A stretch of DNA of 64,000 nucleotides from Fibrobacterales bacterium (GCA_051532035.1 JAOPTW010000047.1:1-64000); one strand, 5' to 3'. Positions 29,622 through 39,858 are shown, numbered from the stretch's first letter. The notes: generated by a model not told the origin, from the sequence alone. A program made the numbers and translations.

Positions 29622-30813
29622 CTAAAATTTCTCTCACCAATGCAACAAGAGCATCCGAACCGACCGCTACATCAATCGTCGCTTCGAGCTCAATGAGATA
29701 CCAATGCGTTATCCAATCGAGCCGATCACCTGGCTCCAGTGACACATATGCCCCTTGATACTCTACTTCAATAAAAGAGTCACTGACAAAGAGCTCTACT
29801 TCTGTTTCACCCGGAGCAAATGAGTCTACGGGTATATCCGGGAATGTTTGGATATAGAGAAACCCTTTATTCGTATGAGCCAACCACCCCTCTTTTCCAT
29901 CTTCAAATGCCTTCAGTTCAAACTGCACTGTATGATGCATCCAACTAATATCCTTAATGGTATCGAGTGGTAAATCTGAGAAATATGGGGCAGATACATC
30001 GCTCGCTTCTCCTGTAGGAAAAAAAGTTATCCCCCCTTCTTCACACCGACTATTAGCCCATGGTGCCACTTTTTGTGTAATCGCACTCGTATTAAGTATT
30101 GAATACGTGATCTCGACCCTTTGCTTCGTCTCATTCACAACATACTTTTTTTCGACAGTCATACCTGTCAAATTATCGACCTCACTTGTCAATACTAATT
30201 CAGAATCATCACCCAACAACTCAACCTGATATGGTTTATTATCAATTTCGGGAGAAGGTGGCCATGTATTAGGCCAGTCTTTTTGTGGGCTCAACCAAAA
30301 AATAGCCCCTTGCGAAGGCTCATCAAACACTAAAATATCAGTGTCATTTCTCGTAAAAGAGGTAACTCTTCCTCCATTGGATACATCAATCTCTATACCC
30401 ATACCACCACTTTCGGTAGTATACTTCGATCCAGAAGCATTCCAAGAGGTCAACACAACAGCAATCGAAGAGCTCACTTTATCATCACTGGATAGCTCAA
30501 GTGATGACGTTTCAGATAGTATATTAGATGATTCAAGAGGAGCACTCCCTTCATCGCTCTCACTACTCGGCATACTACTTGATTCAACGTCCGAAACAGA
30601 ACTACTTGTGGCTTCAGAGCTTAGCTCATGAGAAGAACTTACCTGTTCATCTCCCCTTTCAGAGGAGTGCCCCCCAACCTCTTCACTACTCACGCCCTCA
30701 ATTGATGAACTCGAATCTTTTAACGATGTTGCATTTTCACTACACCCAAACATCAATAGAATACATACTGCAATGGCTATGCGTGCACCAATCATTCCAC
30801 TCATACAAACCAC
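29611..30813 (-). CDS. Ser-rich lipoprotein with DUF4380-like (galactose-mutarotase-like) domain
   Basis: Lipobox MFGC; GGRVTSF, FWLSPQKDW..WPPSPEID, EVEYQGAYVSLEPG. Confidence 0.7.
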   Translation of the reverse strand: MVCMSGMIGARIAIAVCILLMFGCSENATSLKDSSSSIEGVSSEEVGGHSSERGDEQVSSSHELSSEATSSSVSDVESSSMPSSESDEGSAPLESSNILSETSSLELSSDDKVSSSIAVVLTSWNASGSKYTTESGGMGIEIDVSNGGRVTSFTRNDTDILVFDEPSQGAIFWLSPQKDWPNTWPPSPEIDNKPYQVELLGDDSELVLTSEVDNLTGMTVEKKYVVNETKQRVEITYSILNTSAITQKVAPWANSRCEEGGITFFPTGEASDVSAPYFSDLPLDTIKDISWMHHTVQFELKAFEDGKEGWLAHTNKGFLYIQTFPDIPVDSFAPGETEVELFVSDSFIEVEYQGAYVSLEPGDRLDWITHWYLIELEATIDVAVGSDALVALVREILGIK

Positions 30814-30814
30814 C

Positions 30815-31708
30815 CTATTTCTTTAACTCTTGATAGACACGCACCCAATCAACATACATTAATGAAGGAAATGGTGTAGTCGCATCAGGGCGACCAGCCC
30901 ACGTTCCACCTACAGCAATATTTAAGAGTATATAAAATTCCTTATGAAACTCTTCCATTCCTTTTTTTTCTATGTCTACTTTGCAATACTCTTTCCCATC
31001 AATCAGCCAGTGCATCTCTTTTTCAGTCCACACAAGCTCAAAAAGATGAAACTGTTGAGCAAAAATCCCTGATTTTAATTTGTACGATTTCGCGCCCATC
31101 ATTGTATGCCCCTCTGAGTCATAATGAATGTTAGCCTCTACTACACCATCATCACGAAAACCATAGAGCTCAAAAATGTCAATCTCCCCGGATTTTGGCC
31201 AGGGAGTATCACCACCAATTTCGTCAATATTAGCTCCGAGCATCCAAAATGCCGGCCAAATGCCCATGCCGTGTGGGAGCTGAATACGTGCAGCTATTTT
31301 CCCATACTTCCACGACTGTTTACCGCCAGTATGAAGCCGAGCCGAAGTATACTGCTTATCAGCATGAACTGTTCCAGTATGGATCGCCTTCAATACCAGG
31401 TAGCCATTTTCTACATATGAATTTTTAGGACTATCTACATAGGCCTGCCATTCATCGTTATAAGGGTCTGGCAACTTTTGTCGAGTCCAATTTTTCTCAT
31501 TCAGAGCCGTACCATTGAACTCATCACTCCAGGCGAGCTTCCACTTCGGGCCGGGGGTATAGGTATCACTATTTGTTGCAGGGTAGATAATCTTGGAACT
31601 GTTCGCAGCATAACGAATTGCAGCCCTACTTGGCTGAGCATCTGTTTTTGACCACCCTAAGCTCACACATACCGTAAGAAGAAGTCCTATCTGTATCCCG
31701 TAATTCAT
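30815..31708 (-). CDS. GH16 laminarinase-type endo-beta-1,3-glucanase
   Basis: WSDEF, YTSARL, GIWPAFWMLG, WPKSGEIDIFE (intact ExDxxE), LNIAVGG, VDWVRVYQ. Confidence 0.95.
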   Translation of the reverse strand: MNYGIQIGLLLTVCVSLGWSKTDAQPSRAAIRYAANSSKIIYPATNSDTYTPGPKWKLAWSDEFNGTALNEKNWTRQKLPDPYNDEWQAYVDSPKNSYVENGYLVLKAIHTGTVHADKQYTSARLHTGGKQSWKYGKIAARIQLPHGMGIWPAFWMLGANIDEIGGDTPWPKSGEIDIFELYGFRDDGVVEANIHYDSEGHTMMGAKSYKLKSGIFAQQFHLFELVWTEKEMHWLIDGKEYCKVDIEKKGMEEFHKEFYILLNIAVGGTWAGRPDATTPFPSLMYVDWVRVYQELKK

Positions 31709-31855
31709 GGCATCCCTAATCTGTTATAATAGAGAAAAGGTATATTTATATGATCCAAAAAGCAAATGGCCCCACTCATATCCAATAAACCAATTTCCCC
31801 TCAGGCAAATAGCACACTCCACTAAATAAATTTTATATTTTGCGTAGGGAGAACT

Positions 31856-32311
31856 ATGCCACTTAATAAAACCGTTATAAAACTCAGAAAATCCACACTG
31901 GTATTATCAGTTTTGATTTTCATTTCAATACTATTTCGCATTGTTGAAGTTTTTAACTCCCCCATAACACCTCCAGAATCTCCCACCGAAAAACACACCT
32001 ACATCAATGCATACATATGCACAAATATTGTACAACAGCAACCGGTAGATATACGTAAATCTTTTTTCGAGTTTGAGCGTCGCATCTTTTTTTATACAAA
32101 AAGCGATACCACAATTCCAGTATCAAACCACACATGGTACAATGGCAATACTATTGTTAAAACTCACACCTGCCCCCACACAGCGACACTCTGTATTTCT
32201 TCCATTGGGAGAAACGAACTCTTGAAAGGTAATTGGAGTGTTGATTTCTTTACACAACGTACTCTACTCCATTCGCGTCAATTTACTGTTTCTAAAAAAC
32301 CACTATTATAG
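31856..32311 (+). CDS. Membrane-anchored DUF2914-like protein
   Basis: One TM segment; ICTNIVQQQPVD...IFFYT...HTWY...GNWSVD pattern. Confidence 0.6.
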   Translation: MPLNKTVIKLRKSTLVLSVLIFISILFRIVEVFNSPITPPESPTEKHTYINAYICTNIVQQQPVDIRKSFFEFERRIFFYTKSDTTIPVSNHTWYNGNTIVKTHTCPHTATLCISSIGRNELLKGNWSVDFFTQRTLLHSRQFTVSKKPLL

Positions 32312-35257
32312 ATGCAAACCCTCGCGGCATTCTTTTTCTGCTTGTTAACAAGTATAGCCGCTGTTGCTCAAACACCCATTGCCCACACAGACACCCTACA
32401 ACTCTTTTCACGCACCATCGCGGCCACACCGCGTGTCATTGAAAACCACATCATTGATACCACGCAAACATCCTCTTTCTATCACCAACCAGCACTCTCT
32501 GAGTCCCCCCTTACCGTATCGGGTTACAAGACACTCTCTATTACCAATGGCACAAGTTCTGCACTCCTCTTTGAACAAGAAATGGACTTACTTATTCACG
32601 GAGAATTGACTTCTGGAGTCTATCTTGAGTCGAAATTACATGACCGTAATATGCCTACGGGCGCCCAAGGCAACACTCAAAGTCTCAATGACATAGATAG
32701 ACTGTACCTCAAACTGAATGGAGAGCACTTCTCTGCAATACTTGGAGATATTCAAATCAGCCATACAATGCAAGAATACACAGCATTGTCTCAACTCAGT
32801 CGAGGAGCTGACCTCCAATTTTATTCTTCTCTCTATAATGGACACATAAGCTATGGCAACAAATCTACTACCCACCATACCACACTCCTCCAGGGAACCG
32901 ATGATCTACAGTCACAATTTCAGCTCTATTCTAAAGAGGGAGGTTTTGTATCTCTTGTTCTTGGCTCAGAAAGTGTTTGGATAAATGGCAACGCAATGAG
33001 CTCCCCAACAGACTACACCATTGAGTATGGTACAGGGGTCATCCTTTTTTCATCGAAACACCTAATCTCTTCTAAAGACTTTATAACCATATCCTATGAA
33101 TACACTCTCCCAGAACTCCAATCCCAAACCTTCGCACTGAGTAATTCAGCTACCTTTTCAAGTATATCACTTACAGCTGGCGTTATCTACTCTGGCAATG
33201 ACAAAGACCAACCCAATGGCACCCCACTCACCACTTCTCAAAAAGAACTTCTTTCAACTGATACTTTTTCTGACTCCATCACCGCACCTCAGAGTCACCT
33301 TGTCACCGGAGTTACTGCCGATGCAACACTAAAAAACAGATGGTATTTCCACAATGAAGTTTCATTTTCTGAACAAGACAGCAATAGCATTACTCCTCAT
33401 TCTAAAAAAAGAGGGTGGCTCTACTCGCTCCTCTATACCTCTGACAGCAATAGTCACAAACCAAAGCTCCCTATTCGAGCTACCTATACAGGCTTTTATA
33501 AAGACCATACCTACCAAACATTTGTCGAGCTCTTCGAAGAGCAGCAGTTCAAAAACATGTGGGGGTTTTCAACACCCAGGAGCGCATTTAAAAGTGACCA
33601 CCTATCCTTAGAGTGGCACCCATCTACCCACACTCATGTCAGCACTTCATGGGCATATGCTAACGCAAGCACTCCACAACAAAAAAGTACATCCATCAAT
33701 AGTGAGAGATACAGTGCCTCCCTGAATCATCAGTCACGAAGTGCTACACTGACATCAGAAATTATCCATACCATGATTCATGGAACGGCCCTCACTCCTG
33801 AATACTCCCTCTTTAAAAAAGTACAACAACTCTCACGAACATCGCACACTTTTTCGGCACAACTCCTCCCCTGGCAAGTCGCCCCCTTTGTTGAGTCCCG
33901 TATGGCATACTACACCACCCCATCATCCAATCGACTGTTTACATCTACTGTCTCTACTGGGGTACACTACAACAAACCATCTCTTGAGTTAACCACCAAA
34001 GTAACCCACCACCAAATCCGCACCACACTTCCTCCAACAAGCCATCTTACGGACTCGACTCAAGCCCTTGAGTTTTCTCAATCCCTTACCATAACCCCCA
34101 CAGCATGGTGGAACAGTAGCGGCTCCCTCAGCATGAGAAAATACGCCACTCGAACTCTTGGCAATGGTATATTCTGGAGTACTTTAAGTGAACACTCCCT
34201 CTCAACACCTCATAATCTACTGACCTCACAACTCTCCTATTCTCTAGAAAATGGTACTAATCAGAGCTGGATCCCCTATTATGAAAAAGTGCCTGAGGGT
34301 ACTGGGACCATACAATACGACTCCACCACAAAAGAGTATGTTGAAGGAGTGGATGGAGGTGACTACATATATAGAGGAGACATTCGGGATACCCTCTCCT
34401 CTGGATCGACCCGCTACTCCCTATCCACATCTCTCTCAGTAATCCTTAATCCAGGTGTCCTTATCAGCCATGGACTCTTACACGACATTACTCTCTCAGG
34501 CTTGTATCGCTGGAGTCAGCAGGATAGTAGCACTCAAAATTTCTACCCACATTTTAACCCTGAGCCACTGATTCAATCAGGTCTTGATGGTGAACAGCTT
34601 TTTGAAAGCACCCTACAATGGACGCATCCTCAGCACACAGCACACTGGGCTTATACCTACACCAACCACCACACCACTGAGACCAACACCCTCAGCCCAA
34701 CCCCCTCGTCACTTCCCAACTCACTCTCTGCAACCCTAACCTCTCATACTCTCAAAGGCTGGGGTGCTATTATCAGCAAACTCTGGCTCTATCCTTTTAT
34801 GCAATTCAGTAATCGAAGTCGTCTTGACCATAGCACCCTCACCCCAACACCACTCTATTCATTCGATCGCGAAGATTATAAAGGCGAATTTCAATACCGA
34901 TACTCTCAATCCATCACACCACTCATAGGGTTTCACTACGCACAGACCATCGGGACCTATCAATCCTTTGAGACAATTACCGACATGTACACCCTTATAT
35001 ACAACTTAACCATTCAACCGCAAAAAGATATCACCATCGAAGCTGGTGGCTCATCAATAAATACAGTGAGCACCACACAAACAAAACAAATCGCCCATTG
35101 GAGTGATAATTTTGCCCCAGGCTGGACCCACCGACTTAATGCCCAAGTCTCAATCAATCTCGAAGAGTTCCTCACCCTGAGTTTCAACTACCTCTATCGC
35201 ATTGAACCTGGTAAAGATTTCCAATCACTCAACGCACAAGCACGAGCTTATTTCTAA
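32312..35257 (+). CDS. Large outer-membrane beta-barrel protein of unknown function
   Basis: Signal peptide; GNTQSLNDIDRLYL; GSESVWING...DYTIEYGTGVILF; many amphipathic strands; C-terminal ARAYF. Confidence 0.7.
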   Translation: MQTLAAFFFCLLTSIAAVAQTPIAHTDTLQLFSRTIAATPRVIENHIIDTTQTSSFYHQPALSESPLTVSGYKTLSITNGTSSALLFEQEMDLLIHGELTSGVYLESKLHDRNMPTGAQGNTQSLNDIDRLYLKLNGEHFSAILGDIQISHTMQEYTALSQLSRGADLQFYSSLYNGHISYGNKSTTHHTTLLQGTDDLQSQFQLYSKEGGFVSLVLGSESVWINGNAMSSPTDYTIEYGTGVILFSSKHLISSKDFITISYEYTLPELQSQTFALSNSATFSSISLTAGVIYSGNDKDQPNGTPLTTSQKELLSTDTFSDSITAPQSHLVTGVTADATLKNRWYFHNEVSFSEQDSNSITPHSKKRGWLYSLLYTSDSNSHKPKLPIRATYTGFYKDHTYQTFVELFEEQQFKNMWGFSTPRSAFKSDHLSLEWHPSTHTHVSTSWAYANASTPQQKSTSINSERYSASLNHQSRSATLTSEIIHTMIHGTALTPEYSLFKKVQQLSRTSHTFSAQLLPWQVAPFVESRMAYYTTPSSNRLFTSTVSTGVHYNKPSLELTTKVTHHQIRTTLPPTSHLTDSTQALEFSQSLTITPTAWWNSSGSLSMRKYATRTLGNGIFWSTLSEHSLSTPHNLLTSQLSYSLENGTNQSWIPYYEKVPEGTGTIQYDSTTKEYVEGVDGGDYIYRGDIRDTLSSGSTRYSLSTSLSVILNPGVLISHGLLHDITLSGLYRWSQQDSSTQNFYPHFNPEPLIQSGLDGEQLFESTLQWTHPQHTAHWAYTYTNHHTTETNTLSPTPSSLPNSLSATLTSHTLKGWGAIISKLWLYPFMQFSNRSRLDHSTLTPTPLYSFDREDYKGEFQYRYSQSITPLIGFHYAQTIGTYQSFETITDMYTLIYNLTIQPQKDITIEAGGSSINTVSTTQTKQIAHWSDNFAPGWTHRLNAQVSINLEEFLTLSFNYLYRIEPGKDFQSLNAQARAYF

Positions 35258-36636
35258 TGCACTATTCTCTCTCTCTCATACTGTGCCTCTGCCCCCTTCT
35301 TTTTGGAGGCACCATTACGATTACTCCCCGTACCCCCGCTCTCGACTCCATTAAAAACTCATATACTACCCCCTACTCACCAGCACGAGACACCTTACTC
35401 GCTCACGAATACATCACCCATCTAAGTAACACCGGATACCCTTTCGCCACAGTACAGAGCTACCACAAAAACGATACAAGCTTTTTTGCAATCCAACTCA
35501 ATGCACTCTATTTTTGGGGAGCTCTGATAAACCGAGACAGCAGTAGAAGTAGTGATTCGCTTATCAACCGGTTCGCCGACGTACCAGTGGGCACCCCTTA
35601 TTCAGAAAAAGAGCTCACCGAAATTACGCAGGCAATAGAAAGAAGTCCCTTCTTTACTTTACAACCCCAACAACCATCCGAAGAGATTGCACAACATTCC
35701 AATCGCAATATTCTATACCCAACTCCAGCAGTTCGTGATGCCCCCGTAAATCGATTGGAACTTCTTTTTGGATATAGCAACAATAATTCTCCCATAGCTG
35801 GCTCAATATATGGTGATTTTTTCAACATACTCGGCACCCTCCGCTCTTTACAACTTTATTATGCCGCCACAGGGGGGGCAACAGATATTTCGGTAGAGTA
35901 TACGGAACCTTGGCTCTTTGATACCCCTCTTGCATTAACCCTCAGTGGCTTACTTAGAGAAGAAGATGCACTCCATCAACGAGCACAATTTTCAATAGGA
36001 GTATCACTCCCCCTCTCTAGAAAAAATACTATTGGCCTCTCCTTTGGCGCACAGACTATCACTGATTCTCTCACAACAACAAACCGATACCTTACGTCAC
36101 TCTCCCTCACCCATGATTCTCGCGATCGTTATCAGCTGCCTCGCTCAGGATTGTACTGGTCAACCCACAGTACTTTTTCAAAAGGGCCCCACCAAGACTC
36201 TCTCTCTGGAGACCAATTTACACTGGCAACCACAGTCAAAGTCTACTATGCCCTTACTCAAAAAATAGTGATTCAATCCTCACTTTACAGTGGTGTTCTC
36301 TTAAGTGCCGCCCCAATCCTCCCCATTGAGAGCTATCAATTAGGAGGTCACCCTGGTTCACGTGGCTATCGAAATAGAGCATTTTATGCCCAAAGCTATT
36401 TAGGAACCCCACTTGAAATCCAGTTGCAATTAAGTCGATCAAATGCGCTCTATCTCTTTACCGACCCATTACTCTATAACACTATCGATTCCAAGAAATG
36501 GCATACAGCCATAGGATATGGGTTTGGCTTATCTCAAACAACCAAAGTAGCTACCCTAGGTCTTGCATTTGGCTCACACCCGCGCCTTCCTCTCGGAGAA
36601 ACCTTTGTACACCTCAACCTCAGCCGTTATTTTTAG
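35257..36636 (+). CDS. Omp85/BamA-TamA family outer membrane protein (short POTRA region)
   Basis: GYPFATV, NILGTLRSL, YTEPWLFD, LTHDSRD...PRSG, LGGHPGSRGY (loop 6), GYGFGL, C-terminal F. Confidence 0.85.
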   Translation: MHYSLSLILCLCPLLFGGTITITPRTPALDSIKNSYTTPYSPARDTLLAHEYITHLSNTGYPFATVQSYHKNDTSFFAIQLNALYFWGALINRDSSRSSDSLINRFADVPVGTPYSEKELTEITQAIERSPFFTLQPQQPSEEIAQHSNRNILYPTPAVRDAPVNRLELLFGYSNNNSPIAGSIYGDFFNILGTLRSLQLYYAATGGATDISVEYTEPWLFDTPLALTLSGLLREEDALHQRAQFSIGVSLPLSRKNTIGLSFGAQTITDSLTTTNRYLTSLSLTHDSRDRYQLPRSGLYWSTHSTFSKGPHQDSLSGDQFTLATTVKVYYALTQKIVIQSSLYSGVLLSAAPILPIESYQLGGHPGSRGYRNRAFYAQSYLGTPLEIQLQLSRSNALYLFTDPLLYNTIDSKKWHTAIGYGFGLSQTTKVATLGLAFGSHPRLPLGETFVHLNLSRYF

Positions 36637-36692
36637 AGCCTTTTGGTTCAATAGTATGTATACTCTTTATATTGAATAGAGGACCCTAGAGC

Positions 36693-36893
36693 ATGGAAGA
36701 TCGTTCACGACCACAATATTTGAACCCGGATGGGTCATTTACTCGAAAGCGCCCTGGGCTCCCTAAACGCTATGACAGCAAAGCCAGAGCACTTGCACAA
36801 AAAATGACTCAAGACCCCCCGCGTAAAATCGACCCTGAAGCTGCTCGCAAAATCGCAGAAGCGCTCAAAATGTTTCTCAAAAACGACCGCTAA
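36693..36893 (+). CDS. Small basic hypothetical protein
   Basis: GAGGA RBS; 66 aa; fills the intergenic space. Confidence 0.6.
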   Translation: MEDRSRPQYLNPDGSFTRKRPGLPKRYDSKARALAQKMTQDPPRKIDPEAARKIAEALKMFLKNDR

Positions 36894-36991
36894 TACCCAT
36901 TTTCTTGAGTAATTTCATCACACTCCTATAACCCCTTTACGATCTCATTATTCAATCTATCTTTAATTTTAGTCACTACATGAGGTCTTAC

Positions 36992-37504
36992 ATGAAACTG
37001 TTTACAATACTCACTACCCTTCTTCTAACCTTGGGAACCCTCTTTGCTGAAGAGATGACTTTCCCCGAACGAGGCAGCGAAGGTACTATCATTATTACTT
37101 CGGACCCCAGAGGGTCTGTTGTCTACTTAGACGCCGAAGAACTTGGTAAAACACCTGTTGAGATGCCTTTTCGATCAGGTAGATTTGATCTAGTCATTAT
37201 GGATCAAGAAATCGAACTGGTTAATACCCGATTTAGCGTATGGCCCGACTCAATAAATACCTACAATGCAACAACCAAAATACCAATAGGCAAAATTGAG
37301 CTCAAAACTAAGCCAGGAAAATGTAAAGTATGGCTTGATGGAGAGCGCGCAGGCTCAACACAGGGCGGTACCCTTACCATGCATAACCTCGACGCCGGCA
37401 CTCACCTTGTACGCATTAAATGTGGCAGTAAATCGAAAGAAGAACTCATAGAAGTTACTGGTGAAGAGACCATTAAAGTGACTATGAATGTTTATAAAAA
37501 GTAA
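36992..37504 (+). CDS. PEGA-domain protein
   Basis: Signal peptide; ITSDPRGSVVYLD...GKTP and a second repeat KVWLDG...LDAGTHLV. Probable ATG at 36992. Confidence 0.85.
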   Translation: MKLFTILTTLLLTLGTLFAEEMTFPERGSEGTIIITSDPRGSVVYLDAEELGKTPVEMPFRSGRFDLVIMDQEIELVNTRFSVWPDSINTYNATTKIPIGKIELKTKPGKCKVWLDGERAGSTQGGTLTMHNLDAGTHLVRIKCGSKSKEELIEVTGEETIKVTMNVYKK

Positions 37505-37537
37505 GATATAAGATTATTACAATAAAAGTATAGATAC

Positions 37538-37574
37538 AAAAAAAGCGGGAGTTCAATGAACTTCCGCTTTTTTT
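37538..37574. terminator. Bidirectional terminator (PEGA gene / tRNA-Cys)
   Basis: AAAAAAAGCGGGAGTTCA..TGAACTTCCGCTTTTTTT. Confidence 0.85.
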
Positions 37575-37581
37575 ATTCGAG

Positions 37582-37654
37582 AGGCGACACCCAGACTCGA
37601 ACTGGGGGATAAGGCTTTTGCAGAGCCTTGCCTTACCAACTTGGCTATATCGCC
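37582..37654 (-). tRNA. tRNA-Cys(GCA), CCA not encoded
   Basis: GGCGATATAGCCAAGTTGGTAAGGCAAGGCTCTGCAAAAGCCTTATCCCCCAGTTCGAGTCTGGGTGTCGCCT folds as a cloverleaf; anticodon GCA, U73 discriminator. Confidence 0.97.
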
Positions 37655-37766
37655 ATTTCGGGTGAAAAGATACATTTTCAAAAAAGTTTATCAACTGATT
37701 TCATATATTAAATGAGTTGAACCTCTTTCGAAGCACTATTTTTTTCTCAAACACCCTAGTTTTCAA

Positions 37767-38393
37767 CTATTGAGCATCGAATGCTACTACGAGGAGCACT
37801 TGAATGACCCCAATGAAAAACCCAATAATTCCCCCCAACCTCTCAATGAAGACAAATTCTTTTTGAGCAATCTCATTAATGATTGATTCTAACTTTTCTA
37901 AAGGGAAATCCTCAATATTCTTTTTGATTATTCCTGCAAGGTCAACTTTGCCCGAAATGATATCAGCAAAGTCCTCATTCAGTGAGTCGTGATCATTAGA
38001 GAACGCATCAATAATTTTATCACGAATCATATCGAGCTTGTCTTCGGGTACAAACATTTTAATCATAGGTACCACATCGAGTATTTCACCGATTTTCTCT
38101 TCCCACTTCTTCTCAATCATGTGCCGTATAACAGGCTTGATATCAATTTTCGCAATAGTCGCCTTTAAATCGTCACTCGTAAGAAAATCTTTTGCGACTG
38201 CCTGAGAGATCTTCTCGGCCAGATCATGATGTCGCCGAGGTATAACCCCTTGAATCCGCATTCCAAGTAGTTTAATAGGATGTACCGGCCGCGTGAGCAT
38301 TTTAACTGCCAAATAATTGGTAAACCAGCCGATGCTTGCCGATATAACTGGTAAAGCCCATAGTACCGGTGAAAACTGCTGAAAAAACTCCAT
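37767..38393 (-). CDS. DUF445 family membrane protein
   Basis: IGWFTNYLAVKML, QGVIPRR, IERLGGIIGFFIG. Confidence 0.85.
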   Translation of the reverse strand: MEFFQQFSPVLWALPVISASIGWFTNYLAVKMLTRPVHPIKLLGMRIQGVIPRRHHDLAEKISQAVAKDFLTSDDLKATIAKIDIKPVIRHMIEKKWEEKIGEILDVVPMIKMFVPEDKLDMIRDKIIDAFSNDHDSLNEDFADIISGKVDLAGIIKKNIEDFPLEKLESIINEIAQKEFVFIERLGGIIGFFIGVIQVLLVVAFDAQ

Positions 38394-38486
38394 TATTCTG
38401 ATCCTTTGCTTTGTATAACCCCATATCTCATAAGGATATATTGTATCTTTTCTGAAAGAATGTACAAGTTTATGGAAAAACTATCA

Positions 38487-39197
38487 ATGAAATTAGTCGG
38501 GTTACTCATTCTGTTTACCCTTTCAGTGGCCGGAGCCAATGAACTTCTCGCTCCGGGGACCAACGCTCCACCATTCTACATTCAAACCCTCACAGGTGCT
38601 CGTTCAGGCCTAAAACACTACATTCAGCCTAAAAACAGTACCCCAAAGCCCCTGACCCTTATCAGCTTTTGGTCACTCTCTTGCATTCCTTGTCGTAAAG
38701 AGATGCCGCTTCTCGAAGATTTTCAACAAAAACACCCCGATCAGGTAACCGTACTTTTTGTAAATGTCGACACCAAAAGTCGTTCTGCAGAGGTACAAAA
38801 ATTTGTGACGCAATATCAAATTACCTCCCCTGTATTTTTGGATATTTATCAGACCACAGGCAAAAACTATACGGTATGCATAGGGGGCGCCTGTAATGTT
38901 CCTGCCCTTTTTGGAATCTCACAAACGGGAACCATTCTCTTTTCTCAGTCAGGATATGATGAATCTCATGACCTTATAAGCTTTTTAACTCAAGCACTTA
39001 CCCATGCAAGCACCCCTGAGAAAGCCATAGTCTCGCCGGCTTCTCTATCACACGATACGTTTAGCATCTTGCACGACATTCTTACCCATGCTTCGGTTGA
39101 CTCTCTGGCACAGAAATACCACACCACTCCGGCTGCGATCGACACCGTCATCAATAAAGCTGTTGAGTATTTTAAAACGAGATACCCAGCCAAGTAG
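38487..39197 (+). CDS. TlpA/ResA-like thiol-disulfide oxidoreductase
   Basis: Signal peptide; FWSLSCIPCRKEMP CxxC motif. Start uncertain (38472 or 38487). Confidence 0.85.
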   Translation: MKLVGLLILFTLSVAGANELLAPGTNAPPFYIQTLTGARSGLKHYIQPKNSTPKPLTLISFWSLSCIPCRKEMPLLEDFQQKHPDQVTVLFVNVDTKSRSAEVQKFVTQYQITSPVFLDIYQTTGKNYTVCIGGACNVPALFGISQTGTILFSQSGYDESHDLISFLTQALTHASTPEKAIVSPASLSHDTFSILHDILTHASVDSLAQKYHTTPAAIDTVINKAVEYFKTRYPAK

Positions 39198-39205
39198 ATG
39201 TCCCT

Positions 39206-39742
39206 ATGCACAAGATCGCAGAAGTACTCTGTACTACACTATTAAAAGGGTACCTCCTAACCCTCCGGGTATCAGTACCACGAATATCTCCTGCCATTAT
39301 CGCACTCTGGCATCAAGATCTTCCCGCATCGATCGCTGCTTTTAAGCACCAATCGATCTCCGTACAAATATCAGCCTCACCTGATGGGAGTATCGCACAT
39401 CGACTCTGCCAATCATTAGGATATACAACATATAAAGGTTCAAGCTCATCTCTTCAAGGGAGTATCCGCTCTCTCCTTAAAAAATTACATGACGGTGGTT
39501 CTATCGGCATCGCCCTCGATGGTCCCCGTGGCCCAGCCGGCATCTGTAATAGCGGCGCCCCCTGGCTGCATACACAGAGTGGTACCCCTCTCTATCTCGT
39601 AACCATTTCGTATCAAAAATCACTCCGTATTCGTAGTTGGGACAGAATGCATTTCCCCCTCCCTTTCAGTAAAGTGGTCGTTACTCTCAATTCGGTTTCT
39701 CCCGTAACCCACTCAATAATTCAAAAACAATTTAAAGGGTAA
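39206..39742 (+). CDS. DUF374 / lysophospholipid acyltransferase-like protein
   Basis: ALWH, ISASPDG, GSSS, DGPRGP, SWDRMHFPLPFS. Confidence 0.85.
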   Translation: MHKIAEVLCTTLLKGYLLTLRVSVPRISPAIIALWHQDLPASIAAFKHQSISVQISASPDGSIAHRLCQSLGYTTYKGSSSSLQGSIRSLLKKLHDGGSIGIALDGPRGPAGICNSGAPWLHTQSGTPLYLVTISYQKSLRIRSWDRMHFPLPFSKVVVTLNSVSPVTHSIIQKQFKG

Positions 39743-39858
39743 TCACCTCTTTTTGAGCACTATTATACATCTATAATAACTCCCCTTAAGAGCAGTTCTT
39801 ACTCCATCCTTTTACACTTTTTTCTACCTTTATCCATTCACTTATCCCAGGAGCCCTC

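Noticed and set aside
37582..37654. tRNA-Cys as an integration site for a genomic island
   Set aside because: No integrase or transposase is present, I saw no duplicated tRNA 3' end in the window, and the flanking genes look chromosomal.
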